Part shown: positions 21,786 through 33,198 of the stretch, piece after piece
Position numbering within the stretch: position 1 is the stretch's first letter
How the letters are laid out: each line of letters starts with the position of its first letter
NCBI GenBank assembly: GCA_963813715.1
Contig: CAWFAK010000008.1
Span: 128,001-192,000 of the forward strand
Reading direction: 5' to 3'
Length of the DNA: 64,000 nucleotides
DNA from: an uncultured Planctomycetaceae bacterium
GTDB taxonomy: Bacteria > Planctomycetota > Planctomycetia > Planctomycetales > Planctomycetaceae
Notes under the pieces: generated by a model
Told to the model about the DNA's origin: nothing
The model's database searches: none
Seen by the model: only the letters and a program-made list of their open reading frames with translations
Translations under genes and position numbers: made by a program

Positions 21786-22288
21786 CGGCTGCACGGTCGC
21801 GCGCGGTCGATCCATCTCGCCCAGTTCGCATGGGCGCGATCGTTTCTGGCGTCACCTGGATTGGCGACGGGCATCGCCGCCGCGATCGCTGCCTCGGCAC
21901 CGGGTTGGTCGGTTTTGAACCGGTAAGAATCGTTTGAGTCCGCCTCGAGCGAGCGGGGACGATGTCCATGCGGCGATGGTTTGACGGTTCTGGAAATGGT
22001 TCGGTTGCCACGGTGTACCATTTGCGCGGACCACGTCGACCCCGTTCAGCCGGCGACGTTGACGCCTCCAGACAGCCAACCGGGCTTTTGCAACTTCGGC
22101 CCCACCTTTGCTCTGCGCCACGTCGTGGCGTTTCTGGAGAAACTGTCCCGAAGCGGATCCGCGCCTGGGCTCCCCTCGTCGCTACTGGGATTTCCTTCGC
22201 GAGATGGTTCCAAACTGGCCGTCGGGCGAGCATTCTGTGACGCTTCGCGGTTGAATGGAGTCACGTGAAACCGAGCAGCGCATCCCCG

Positions 22289-25200
22289 ATGAACCAACCG
22301 ACTCTTCCCTTCCGCCTGACCATCGGCGTTGCCGTTGTGGTCGGCCTGGCCACCGTTCTGGTCGGTTTTCTCGCAATCGGAGCCATCTCTTACTCGAACA
22401 CGCGCACCCTCTGGCAGAACGTCGAATCGGCTGAACACACTCAGCAGGTCCTGCTGGCATTGAACAATTTGCTGTCCCTGGCCAAGGACGCAGAGACGGG
22501 ACAGCGCGGGTTTCTGATCACGGGCGACGAACGCTATTTGGCGCCTCACACGCAGGCCGTCGACCAGATCCACGGCCAGCTCGAGGAGTTAAGCCAGCTG
22601 GTCCGCGAGAATCCCGAAGAGCGGGACCACCTGCCGGAACTTCGGACGGCCCTACTCTCCAAGCTTCACGAACTCGATCACACCATTGTCACTGCGCCGC
22701 AAAGAGGGATTCGACGCGGCCAAAGCGATCGTCATGACAGACCGCGGGAAAGGGGCGATGGACCAGATTCGCGCGGAAATCAGCGCGATGCAGCAAGCTG
22801 AACGAGCCACGCGCGCCCGCCAAATCAGCGAGATGCAGTTGGCCTACGAACGGGCCGTCAGCACGGGCATTATCACCAGCGTGCTGGGATTCCTGCTTTC
22901 TGCCGTCGTCGCCTACTTGCTGCGGCAATCCGCCAACAGCCAGGCACGACAGGAATGGATTCAGGCCGGACAGCTGCAAATGGGCGAACTCATGCGGGGC
23001 AACCTGCAGTTGGCGCAACTCGGCGACAATGCGGCTCCGTTTCCTCTGCCAGTATTTGGATGCTTGTGCCGCCGTCTTTTACGCCCGCGAAGGGCAGGCC
23101 TTTGTTCGCGTCGCTGCTTACGGAGTTCCCGACGACGCGCTCCCCGCAGCCCAGTTCACCGAGGGCGACGGCCTGCTCGGCCGGGCGGTCAAAGACAAGC
23201 AGACAATTCTGTTGAACGACGTGCCCGAAGGCTATCTCACGGTCGGGTCGGGCCTCGGCCGCGGCAATCTGCGAAATCTGATCATTCTTCCCGTCGCCGA
23301 GGACTCGCAGATCAATGGAGTGTTCGAGTTCGGTTTCCTCCATGGCGCCAAGGAGCCAGTGCAGGAACTGCTGACCCGACTGAAAGAACCAGTCGGAATG
23401 GAGATTCGCGCGATCGGCTACCGCAAGCACTTGCACAACCTGCTGGAAGAAACGCAGAGACAAAGCGAGGAACTGCAGACCCAGAGCGAAGAACTCCGCG
23501 TCTCGAACGAAGAGTTGGAAGAGCAGAGCCGCGCCCTGCGGGAGTCGCAGGCACGGCTTGAAAACCAGCAAACCGAACTCGAGCAGATTAACGCGGATCT
23601 CGAGCAGCAGACTCAGTTGCTCGAGTACGAGCGCAACGCGACTCGGCGCACGAACGCCATGCTCGACGAACAAGCGCAAAAACTCGCTCAGGCCAGCCGC
23701 TACAAATCCGACTTCCTGGCCAACATGTCGCACGAGCTGCGGACGCCCCTCAACTCCTCGCTGATTCTGGCCAAATTGCTGGCGGACAATCCCGAGGGAA
23801 ACCTGACGACCGAGCAGATCGAATACGCCGAAACAATTCAGGCGGCCGGAAACGACTTGCTCGCGTTGATCAACGACATTCTCGATCTGTCGAAGGTCGA
23901 AGCGGGCCGCATGGACGTGCATGTGGAGCTAGTGCAGCTCGACCAGCTGTTGCTCGACTTGAAGCGGCTGTTTGATCCCTTCGCGACACAAAAAGGCCTC
24001 GATTTCCGGTGCCGACTGGAGCCCGGCTGTCAGGAATCTATTAAGACCGATCGACAGCGACTCGAACAGATTCTCAAAAATCTGCTCTCCAACGCTCTCA
24101 AATTCACCGAAAAGGGTTCGGTTGCTCTCCAGGCGAGACAGGCGGCGAATGGCCGCGTCGAATTCGCGGTCTCCGACACGGGCATCGGAATCCCGGCCGA
24201 TCAGCAACAGCTCGTCTTCGAGGCGTTTCGACAGGGAGACAGTTCACCACATCGCAAGCAAGGCGGCACTGGTTTGGGCCTCTCGATCTCGCGAGAGCTG
24301 GCACGGCTCCTTGGAGGCGAGCTAACCCTGGCAAGCGAACCTCAAGTGGGCAGCACGTTCACTCTTTCGCTGCCCGTCGAGCTGGAGTCGACCACGGGAA
24401 AGCTGCGCAAAAGCGCACCCAGGCAGGATTTATTCCTCGAAGAGTCCGCGACTCGCCGCGAGGTCTTTCCGGTCGCCACGCCGTCGCGCGAATCGTCCAA
24501 ACGCAGCAAAAAGAAGTCCGACGACGATCGCGACCGCTTGAGCCCCACCACTCGCACCATTCTGGTCGTGGAAGACGACGAGGCGTTCGGCAAAATCCTG
24601 CGCGAACTTATTCAGGAGATGGAGTTCAACTGTCTGGTGGCGACGACGGCCGAGGAGGGCTTTAACCTCGCACTGGAGCACGAGCCCCGGGCCGTGATTT
24701 TGGACATCGGACTCCCCGATCATTCGGGTCTGTGGGTCTTGGATCGGCTCAAGCACGACCGGCGGATGCGGCACATCCCGGTCCACGTCATTTCCGCGAC
24801 CGACCAAACACGCCTCGCCATGGAGTTGGGAGCCGTCGGTTATATGCTCAAGCCGGTGGAGCGCGCGGATGTCGCGGCCGCGCTGCGACAGCTTGAAGTT
24901 CGGCTGGATCAGGAGATCGGCCGCGTGCTCGTTGTCGAAGATGACCCAGTCCAGCGGGCCGCCGTGTGCAAGCTGCTGGCTTCCCACGAGCTGGAAACGG
25001 TGGGCGCGGCGACCGGAGCCGAATGTCTCGAGGAGCTCAAGCGCCGCACGTTCGACTGCATGGTCCTGGACCTGACGCTTCCCGATTCATCAGGGTATGC
25101 GCTCTTGGAGACGTTGAGTCGCGAGGAGGCATACTCGTTTCCGCCCGTGATCGTCTATACCGGGCGGGATTTGTCGGAAGACGAGGAGCAGCAGCTCCGC

Positions 25201-25734
25201 CGCTACTCAAAATCGATCATCATCAAGGGGGCCAAGTCGCCCGAGCGATTGCTCGACGAGGTCACGCTGTTTTTGCACAAAGTCGTTTCGAACCTTCCTG
25301 CCGAACAGCAGCGGATGCTTGAGAAAGCCCGCGTGCGGGACGAGACCTTGGAAGGCCGCCGCATCCTGATCGTGGAGGACGACGTTCGCAACGTCTTCGC
25401 GCTCACGCGGGTTTTGGAATCGCGCGGTGTTTCGGTCGAAATCGCGAGGAACGGCCACGAGGCGCTCAACTCGCTGGAAAGACTTAACGGTGGGGCGACC
25501 CACGTCGACCTGGTCCTGATGGACGTAATGATGCCGGAGATGGACGGCCTGACCGCTGTCCGAGAGATCCGGAAACGCTCCGAGTGGAAAAAACTGCCGA
25601 TCATCATGCTGACGGCCAAGGCCATGCCGGACGATCAGGCGGAGTGTCTGGCGGCAGGAGCGTCAGACTATTTGGCCAAACCGCTGGACGTCGACAAGCT
25701 CTTGTCACTCATCCGTGTCTGGTTGCCGCGCTAG
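22289..25734 (+). CDS. CHASE3/GAF hybrid histidine kinase with three receiver domains (frameshifts ~22690, ~23030)
   Basis: DAETGQRGFLITGDERYL (CHASE3), FLANMSHELRTPLN, GGTGLGL, three REC domains. Confidence 0.9.
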
Positions 25735-25746
25735 CGAGTTTCGGTC

Positions 25747-26574
25747 GTGACCGATAAAGCCGACGATCTCGAGCTCAAGCTGCTGCTCGATGCGGTCTAT
25801 CAGCGCTATCACTACGACTTTCGCGGGTACGCGATGGCGTCCTTGAAGCGCCGGCTCTCCCACGCCAAGGATCACTTTGGCTGTCGCTCCTACTCGCACC
25901 TGCAGGAGCTCGTCCTGCACGACGAGACAATGCTGACAAAGCTGCTCTCGTACCTGACGGTGCAAGTCAGCGAATTGTTTCGCGATCCGGATTATTTTCG
26001 CGCAATTCGCCAGGACGTTGTCCCCTACCTCAAAACCTATCCTTCGCTCAAGATTTGGGTCGCCGGATGCAGTTCGGGCGAGGAACTGTATTCCCTTGCG
26101 ATCTTATTGCGAGAGGAGGGCTTGGAAGAGCGGTCCATGCTCTACGGCACGGACATCAACCGAGAAGCCCTGCGACAAGCCGAAGTCGGGATCTATCCGC
26201 TCGACCGGATGCCGCTCTTTACGGAGAATCATCGGCGGTCGGGGGGCAAGTCGTCGTTGTCGGACTATTACACCGCGAACTACGATGCGGCCGTCCTGGA
26301 CAAGAGCCTGAGGCGCAAGGTCCTGTTTGCCGACCATAGCCTGGTGACCGACTCGGTCTTTGCGGAGGTTCAACTGATTTCGTGCCGCAACGTGTTGATC
26401 TACTTCGACCGGGAGTTTCAGGACCGGGCGATCAGCCTGTTCAAGGACGCCCTGACGCTGAACGGTTTCTTAGGAATTGGAGCCAAAGAGAGTTTGCGTT
26501 TTTCGCGTCATTCGGGGGCATTCGCCGACTTCGTGCGGAGTGCGCGAATTTATCAACGGCGGGGCGACTCATGA
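25747..26574 (+). CDS. cheR: CheR-type methyltransferase
   Basis: YDFRGYA, LFRDP, KIWVAGCSSGEE, ISCRNVLIYF. Confidence 0.92.
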   Translation: MTDKADDLELKLLLDAVYQRYHYDFRGYAMASLKRRLSHAKDHFGCRSYSHLQELVLHDETMLTKLLSYLTVQVSELFRDPDYFRAIRQDVVPYLKTYPSLKIWVAGCSSGEELYSLAILLREEGLEERSMLYGTDINREALRQAEVGIYPLDRMPLFTENHRRSGGKSSLSDYYTANYDAAVLDKSLRRKVLFADHSLVTDSVFAEVQLISCRNVLIYFDREFQDRAISLFKDALTLNGFLGIGAKESLRFSRHSGAFADFVRSARIYQRRGDS

Positions 26575-27147
26575 CGCGACACCGCATCGAGGCCGTGGCC
26601 ATCGGGGCGTCCGCCGGCGCGCTCGATGCGCTCTCCACGCTCCTGAGCCAGCTGCCCCGCGACTTCCCGCTCCCGCTGCTGATCGTCACTCACCTGCCGC
26701 CCGATCGCGACAGCATCTTGTGCTCTTTGCTGGCTGCGAAATGTCAAATCGGCGTGCGCGAAGCCGAGGATAAGGAGCCGATCACTCCCGGCGTCGCGTT
26801 TGTCGCTCCGCCGGATTACCATCTGCTCGTTGAGACGGACCAGCGGCTGTCCCTATCGAGCGACGAGGCCGTGCAGTTCTCGAGGCCCTCGATCGACGTG
26901 CTGTTCGAGTCGGCGGCCGACGCCTATGGTCCCGCGTTGATCGGCGTGATCTTGACGGGCGCGAACGACGACGGCGCCCGCGGTCTGCGGGCAATCGTCT
27001 CTGCCGGCGGCGTGGCGCTGGTGCAGCGGACGGACCTCGCCTATGCGTCGGCGATGCCGAAGGCGGCGCTCGCTGCCTGCCCCACCGCGCGAGATGACAC
27101 TGGAGGAAATGGGAACGTACCTTTGCGAGGTGGTCATCGCCCAATGA
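26571..27147 (+). CDS. cheB: CheB methylesterase domain protein (frameshift near the C-terminus)
   Basis: IGASAG, APPDYHLLVE, RPSIDVLFESAA, LTGANDDGA. Confidence 0.9.
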
Positions 27148-28755
27148 CTCCGAACCGGTTGCCCGTCTATTTTCTGGCCGTCGACGACGTGGAAGAGAAC
27201 CTGATTGCGCTCGAAGCGCTACTCAAGCGCGAGGGTTTGGTGATTCTCCGCGCAGGTCTGGGCGCAACGCGCTGGAGCTCTTGCTCAAGTACGACGTGGC
27301 ACTCGCCATGATCGACGTCCAAATGCCGGACATGAACGGCTTTGAATTGGCGGAGCTGATGCGGGGAGCAGGGCGCACCCAACGCGTGCCGATCATGTTC
27401 CTTACGGCGGGAACCGCGGACACTCAGCGTCGTTTTCGCGGCTATGAGGCGGGCGCCGTCGATTTCCTGTATAAGCCCATCGAACCGCATGTCCTCCGCA
27501 GTAAGGCAAATGTATTTTTCGAGCTCTATCGACAGCGCCAGGAAGTGGCCCTGCAGCGTGATGAGCTGAAACACGCGAGCGAGGAGATCGCGCGGTTGCT
27601 CGACGAGAGCCGGCGCTCCGCCGCCGCATTGAAGCTGGCTGATCAGCGCAAGGACGAGTTCCTGGCCATGCTGGCCCACGAACTGAGAAATCCGCTGGCT
27701 CCCATTCGCAGTGCCGTGGAGATTCTCAATCTGTCTGGCAGAGGCGTCGAGTCAGACGTGACCGAGATCATCGGGCGGCAGGTGGGCCACATGTCCCGCT
27801 TGATCGACGGTCTGCTCGACGTCGCGCGGATCGCCCGCGGCAGAATCGAGCTCTCGAAAAAGGAATGCGACCTGAACCGCATCGCTCGACAGACGGCAGA
27901 CGACTACTCCGTGGCGCTGGCGTCGGCGGGCGTCACGCTGGACGTGAACCTTGCCAACGAACCGCTGATCGTTGTCGGCGATCCAACCCGTTTGACGCAA
28001 ATCGTCGGCAATCTGCTGCATAACGCAGCAAAGTTCACGCCTGCCAACGGTCGCGTCACCGTCTCGACAAGCAGGAACGACGCGGCTCAATCGGCCGTTG
28101 TGACCGTCCAAGACACCGGCGCCGGCCTGACGCCCGACACGCTCACCCGGATTTTTGAGCCGTTTGGCAAGATCGAGCGAGCGACTGATCCAAATCATGG
28201 TGGGCTCGGACTCGGACTTACCGTGGCCAAAGGCCTGGTCGAGCTGCACGGAGGTTCGATTGCGGCCGAAAGCGAGGGAGCCGGAAAGGGCGCCCGATTC
28301 ACGATCACAATTCCGCTCGCGCTGACGCGGCTCGCAACCGAGGCTCCGGCGCAGCGCCCGCCGAAACCATGGACTCTCACCCCTTGAAGATCGTGTTGAT
28401 CGAGGACAACCAGGACGCGGCCTCGTTGCTCCGCAGGCTCCTGAGCGAATTGGGGCACGACGTGCGGGTCGCATTTGACGGCCCGGCGGGGGTCGCACTG
28501 ACGCGCGAGTTTCGGCCCGACGTGGTCGTCTCCGACTTGAAGCTGCCGGGCGACCTGAGTGGCTACCAGGTGGCTCGGCAACTTCGCTCCGACGCCGCGA
28601 CGTCGCAGGTGTCCTTGATCGCGCTCTCGGGCTTTGGCGGAGACGATAGTCGCTCCGAGGCAGAGAAATCCGGTTTCGACCACTACCTGGTCAAACCCGC
28701 CGAAATGGCCGAGCTGACCCGCGTGCTGGCGCAAGCGACCGTCGAAGCGGACTGA
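27144..28755 (+). CDS. REC-HisKA-HATPase(-REC) hybrid kinase (frameshift ~27260; the last REC 28369..28755 is fused or separate)
   Basis: LAVDDVEENL, DVQMPDMNGFE, FLAMLAHELRNPL, GGLGLGL, C-terminal REC ending GFDHYLVKP. Confidence 0.85.
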
Positions 28756-28797
28756 ACGCTGCGGCCGCTCGCCACGATACGAGTGGGGGTCAGCCAC

Positions 28798-30177
28798 TTA
28801 CTTGAGCAAGTAGGCGTTCACCACGGAGATTCCCGACATCAGCGTCCCAACGATCCCCAAGAGACCCTGGTCGTTCCCGCACAGGTACAGATTTTCCAGG
28901 TGCGTGCGGCCGTTGGACATTTTTTCCGCGGCTCCGTACACGCAGCCGTTGAGATGGCCCGTGAATTTCCGAATCGTGCGCGGCGTAAAAAAGTCCGTGT
29001 CGACGATGGCGTGCCGGAAGTCGGGGATCACGCGAAGGGCGGACTCGAGCAGCCGCTGGCCCCAATAGTTTTTTTCGCGTTCGTATTGTTCCGGTGGCAG
29101 ATTCAGCCAGTGGGCGGGATTCGCCAACGCAGTGATGCGGATGCGTCCCTCCTCGGGAGGGCGTTCGTACTCGAAATTGTTTGGCGAGCAGATGATGCCG
29201 CTGCGCAAGTCGATCGGCTCGCAGGGCATCTCGTAGGTGAACTTGGGAGAGTCGTTGTAGAAGACGATCGTCGCGTCGTGCCCCAGCTCGGACGGCTGTC
29301 GATCGAGAGAATAGATCGACTCGGTGTAGGTGATGTTGCCGGCCTCGACGGGGGCCGGGCGGTCGTCGGCGCCGCCGAGCAGCCGCAACGTCTCGAGCGT
29401 GCCGGCCGACGAGATGATGTTGTCGGTTTCGATCGTCTCGCCGTCGTCGAGCACGATGGCGGTCGCCCGGCCGCGGCGGCTCTCGATCGCGCGGACGCCG
29501 CTGCGCAGTCGCAGTTCGCCCCCGAGCTCTTTGAATCTGCGGACCAGCACTTTCAGGATCCGTCGCACTCCCTCGAACGGCCGGGCGAACCCTTCGAGGA
29601 AAATGCTGCGAAACATGATCGCGAACTGAGAGAAGTCCATGTCGTTGGGCGAAGCGCTTCCGTAGAAGAGCAGCGGACACATCAGCATTTCGATTAAGAG
29701 CGCGTCGTGGAAAAAGTCGGCCAGGACGGCCCGTGCGGAGAGCGGGCACTTCTCGAAGCTGGCGACCTCGAACGCCGAGATGTGAGTTACGAGCCGGGAA
29801 AACGCGTCAATTTCGGCGGGAAAATGCTGGCGGACCTGCTGCGTCAATTCGTCGATGCCGTTGCTGAACCGCAGCGTGCAGTCGGGAAATGCGACGGTCG
29901 AGAAGCGTTGCGGCGAAAGTCCAAAATCGTCCCACCGCAGGCGCAGTTGTCGCAGAACCTTGCTCAGCGGGCCGGTCTTCGCGCCCGGCGGCGCGTAATT
30001 GGTCACCGCGTGCAGGCCCACATCGTGATTGCGGCCACGGAGGCGATAGAACGAATTGAGGCCGCCGATCGTCGTGTGCCGCTCGAGAATGCACACGGAC
30101 TTTTCGTAGTAGGCCAGCCGGATTCCAGCGGCCAGACCCGACATGCCGGCGCCGATGATGACCGCGTCGTAGGCCAC
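28798..30177 (-). CDS. phytoene desaturase-like FAD-dependent oxidoreductase
   Basis: IIGAGMSGL, DVGLHAVTN, TPRTIRKFTGHLNGCVYG, GIVGTLMSG. Confidence 0.88.
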   Translation of the reverse strand: MAYDAVIIGAGMSGLAAGIRLAYYEKSVCILERHTTIGGLNSFYRLRGRNHDVGLHAVTNYAPPGAKTGPLSKVLRQLRLRWDDFGLSPQRFSTVAFPDCTLRFSNGIDELTQQVRQHFPAEIDAFSRLVTHISAFEVASFEKCPLSARAVLADFFHDALLIEMLMCPLLFYGSASPNDMDFSQFAIMFRSIFLEGFARPFEGVRRILKVLVRRFKELGGELRLRSGVRAIESRRGRATAIVLDDGETIETDNIISSAGTLETLRLLGGADDRPAPVEAGNITYTESIYSLDRQPSELGHDATIVFYNDSPKFTYEMPCEPIDLRSGIICSPNNFEYERPPEEGRIRITALANPAHWLNLPPEQYEREKNYWGQRLLESALRVIPDFRHAIVDTDFFTPRTIRKFTGHLNGCVYGAAEKMSNGRTHLENLYLCGNDQGLLGIVGTLMSGISVVNAYLLK

Positions 30178-30223
30178 GGGTCATTCGCCTGAGGAAACGG
30201 TGGCAGCCATCACAGCGGCCGGG

Positions 30224-30487
30224 CTAAGCCGAGGCCTGGGCGCCTTTCAAAAGCGGCGAGAGATAATCAACCGTGCCGGCCATGGTCGACAGGCGCGGAT
30301 AGTCGTCCTCGGGAATCTGGATGCGGTACTGCTTCCGCAACTCCATGACGATGTCCAGAAAGTCCATGCTGTCGAGCTCCATTTGCTCTCGCAGCGGGAC
30401 ATCGTCCTTGAGGCGGGTCAAGTCTTCGTCGGGCGCAATGCGCTCGAGGATATCGACCACAACCCGTCGAATGTCGTCCGGATTCAT
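30224..30487 (-). CDS. acyl carrier protein
   Basis: Acidic ~87-aa protein with the LDSMDFLD phosphopantetheine Ser motif. Confidence 0.9.
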   Translation of the reverse strand: MNPDDIRRVVVDILERIAPDEDLTRLKDDVPLREQMELDSMDFLDIVMELRKQYRIQIPEDDYPRLSTMAGTVDYLSPLLKGAQASA

Positions 30488-30643
30488 TCCCAAAGCTCCA
30501 GCCTTCTTCTCAAAGAACCCACGCGGACCAGACGCCGGCCGGCGCTCCTGCCGCACCGTGCGTTTTGCCCCTGCTTGCGTTCCGCGCTCGGTGCGCGGTT
30601 TGGGAACGCTTCCTGTGGGCGGAATCCACACCGATCGCAGACG

Positions 30644-31907
30644 TCACCGCTGCGCGGACGCGGGGAGTTTTTTGACGATGACGACCGAATTAATCCCCAG
30701 CATGCCGAACGAGTTGTTCAGAATGCAATCGACTTTCCCCAGCCGGCGCGGCTGATTGGCCACGATTTGCGGCATCGCGCAGTCGGGATCAATCGTATCG
30801 AGGTTGATTGTAGCGTGTGCGATTCCATCGTCAAACGAGGGGAGATTCCCCAAGAGTTCCAGCGCCCCAGCCGCTCCCATCGCATGGCCGATAAAGCTCT
30901 TCGTGTTGTTGATGGCCACGTTCGGGCTGTCGCCGAAGACTTCCCGCAGGGCCCCCACCTCCTCGATGTCGCCCTGTTGGGTTGCCGTCGCATGGCTGCT
31001 GACGATGTTCACGTCGGTCGGCTTGAGGCCTGCCCGGTCGAGTGCCAGGAACATGCATTCGGCCTGGCGATGGCGGTTGGGCATGACGAAATCGCCGGCG
31101 TCCGAGTTCATCGCATAGCCGACAATTTCGCCGTAAATGCGGGCTCTCGCGGGCCAGCGCGTCGGGCAACCGCTCGAGCACGCAGACCCCGCCCCCCTCG
31201 GCCACCACGATTCCGTTGCGATCTTTGTCGAACGGACGGCTGGCCTTGGTCGGGTCGGGGTGGCGGGCCAGCGCCCCTTCGGCCTGAAAGCTCGCGAAAA
31301 TCCCAAACGTGTGAATGCTCTCGGAGACGCCGCCGGCCAAAGCCTGATCGACTTCGCCCAACCGCAACATCTGCACGCCGTGAATCAGACCGGCGTTGCC
31401 CGCCGCACACGCCGCCCCGACGGTCAGATGTGGACCGGTAATCCCCAGGCTGATGGTTACTTCGCCGGCCGGGTTGTTGGCCACCGTGCGGGGATTGTGA
31501 TGATGGGACCAGACAGCCGTGTCGTAGTCGTAGCGCGAAATCTCATAGATTTCGTTCTCCGTCTCGACGTTGCCGTGCTCGGTGATCCCGAGGAAGACGC
31601 CGACTCGGCGTTTTTCAATCGTTTCCCAGGCAAGCCGCGCGTCCTGCACCGCTTCGTGGGCACAGTAAATGGCCAGAGAGCCCGCTCGTGTGCCCCGCCG
31701 CAGGTCCTTCTTCTTTTGGTAGCGGAGGACGTCGCAGCGGCAGACGCCGGCGACCGTCGGCGGCATATAGCGGGTTTCGTACGGGACGACTCCCGAGCGG
31801 CCCTCCAGGAGGGCACCGCGGAATTCCGACAGATTGTTGCCGTTCGGTGCCGCCAGACCGACGCCGGTAATGACGATACGATTGCTGTCGGACACGCGGT
31901 CGGCCAC
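30644..31907 (-). CDS. fabF: beta-ketoacyl-ACP synthase II-like (frameshift ~31150)
   Basis: RIVITGVG, catalytic ACAAG, RPFDKDRNG, SSHATAT, KSFIGHAMGA, NSFG. Confidence 0.88.
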
Positions 31908-32214
31908 CAGCTGGGTTGACTAACTGCTTTGCGCAAGGCGATACGCAAGAGGACGTTGAGGGCGAATCCAGAGATTACCGCACCCGTTCGTTCGTGACAA
32001 GTTGTGGAAATTGGACGGCAAACGGTCTGGGTCGCCACAATTGCCTCGCCTCAAGCGCGCCACCCCGCGCCAGCGAGACAAACAAGCGATCGTAACCGGG
32101 CGCGGGTCCTCGAAACCGGTCTTGCGTGAAAACCAATCGTGACCATAATTTGCGTCCCCTCCCCGTTCGATTTCGCTGCGGCATTTTGCATTTGAGCTTT
32201 CGGGATACGCACGG

Positions 32215-33153
32215 ATGTGGTGCCCCACTTGTAAGGCGGAAGTCGCTGCCGAGGTTGCGGCCGACAACCGCCGCGTGCGCTGCGCTACGTGCGGTAGCGA
32301 GATCCCGGTGCCGGCTGGTTTTAACGGCCTGGCAAAAACTCGCGAGGCCCGCGAGCTTCTCGATCGTTGGGCCTCCGAGCGGCAGACCGAACCCACGCCC
32401 GCCCGCTCTTCTGCCGGCCGAGTTGTTACCGGCGCGAGCCGATCGCCTGTCGGTGGTATTGGGAACAGTGGCGGAGGTGTGAATCTCGAGGCCGACACAG
32501 CCTATGGCTCCGGCCGGGCCGACGACGTCGTGCCGGTTCGGCCCGAACATTCTCAGCAAGAAACACCGGGCGCTTCGCGACGATTCGACACGGCCCAAAC
32601 GCTTGCCGGTCCGACCGGAGCCGAACCCGTGCGCGGGTCCGGAACGGGGTATTCGACGTCAGGCGGATCGAGCCCCCGCGCGATCCCGCGAGTCGAAAGC
32701 AATCGGGTCCATCGCGTCCACGGATCCGACTTCAACGGTCCTAACTTCGACATCCAAGGCAGCCTGCTCGAAACCGATCGCCGCAAGACGAATTGGACTT
32801 ATGTTCTGGGCCAGTTGCTGGCCTACTCGGGCGTCGCCCTGCTGACCGTCGGCAGCACGCTCGTCCTGTGGGGATACTTCGGTGGACCGGCTAGCTATGC
32901 CCCCACCGGATGGCTGACCACGATGGCTGGCCAGATGATCCTGATCCTCGGCGTGGTCACACTCGTTTCCGGCGGCATGGAGCAGACGAACGAAGACGTG
33001 CGCGTCCGCATCGAACGGCTGGGCGAGCGCATGATCCGAATCGAGCAACTTGCTCGCGACCACGCCCTCCGTGGCCCGAATAACGCTGCCGACTATTCCC
33101 GCGCGTCGGGGCCGGATGCTGGCTCTCGGCAAGAGTCCGAACTGCGCCGCTAG
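32215..33153 (+). CDS. hypothetical protein: N-terminal Zn ribbon, disordered linker, two TM helices, short coiled coil
   Basis: MWCPTC...RCATC; C-terminal hydrophobic helices. Confidence 0.75.
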   Translation: MWCPTCKAEVAAEVAADNRRVRCATCGSEIPVPAGFNGLAKTREARELLDRWASERQTEPTPARSSAGRVVTGASRSPVGGIGNSGGGVNLEADTAYGSGRADDVVPVRPEHSQQETPGASRRFDTAQTLAGPTGAEPVRGSGTGYSTSGGSSPRAIPRVESNRVHRVHGSDFNGPNFDIQGSLLETDRRKTNWTYVLGQLLAYSGVALLTVGSTLVLWGYFGGPASYAPTGWLTTMAGQMILILGVVTLVSGGMEQTNEDVRVRIERLGERMIRIEQLARDHALRGPNNAADYSRASGPDAGSRQESELRR

Positions 33154-33198
33154 AGCGGCTTGGACTCGGTCACGCGTTGCGGGAAACTATCTCTCATC

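Noticed and set aside
21790..22270. Candidate small ORFs between ribBA and the CHASE3 kinase
   Set aside because: No recognisable motif, RBS or consistent codon bias; a call cannot be supported.
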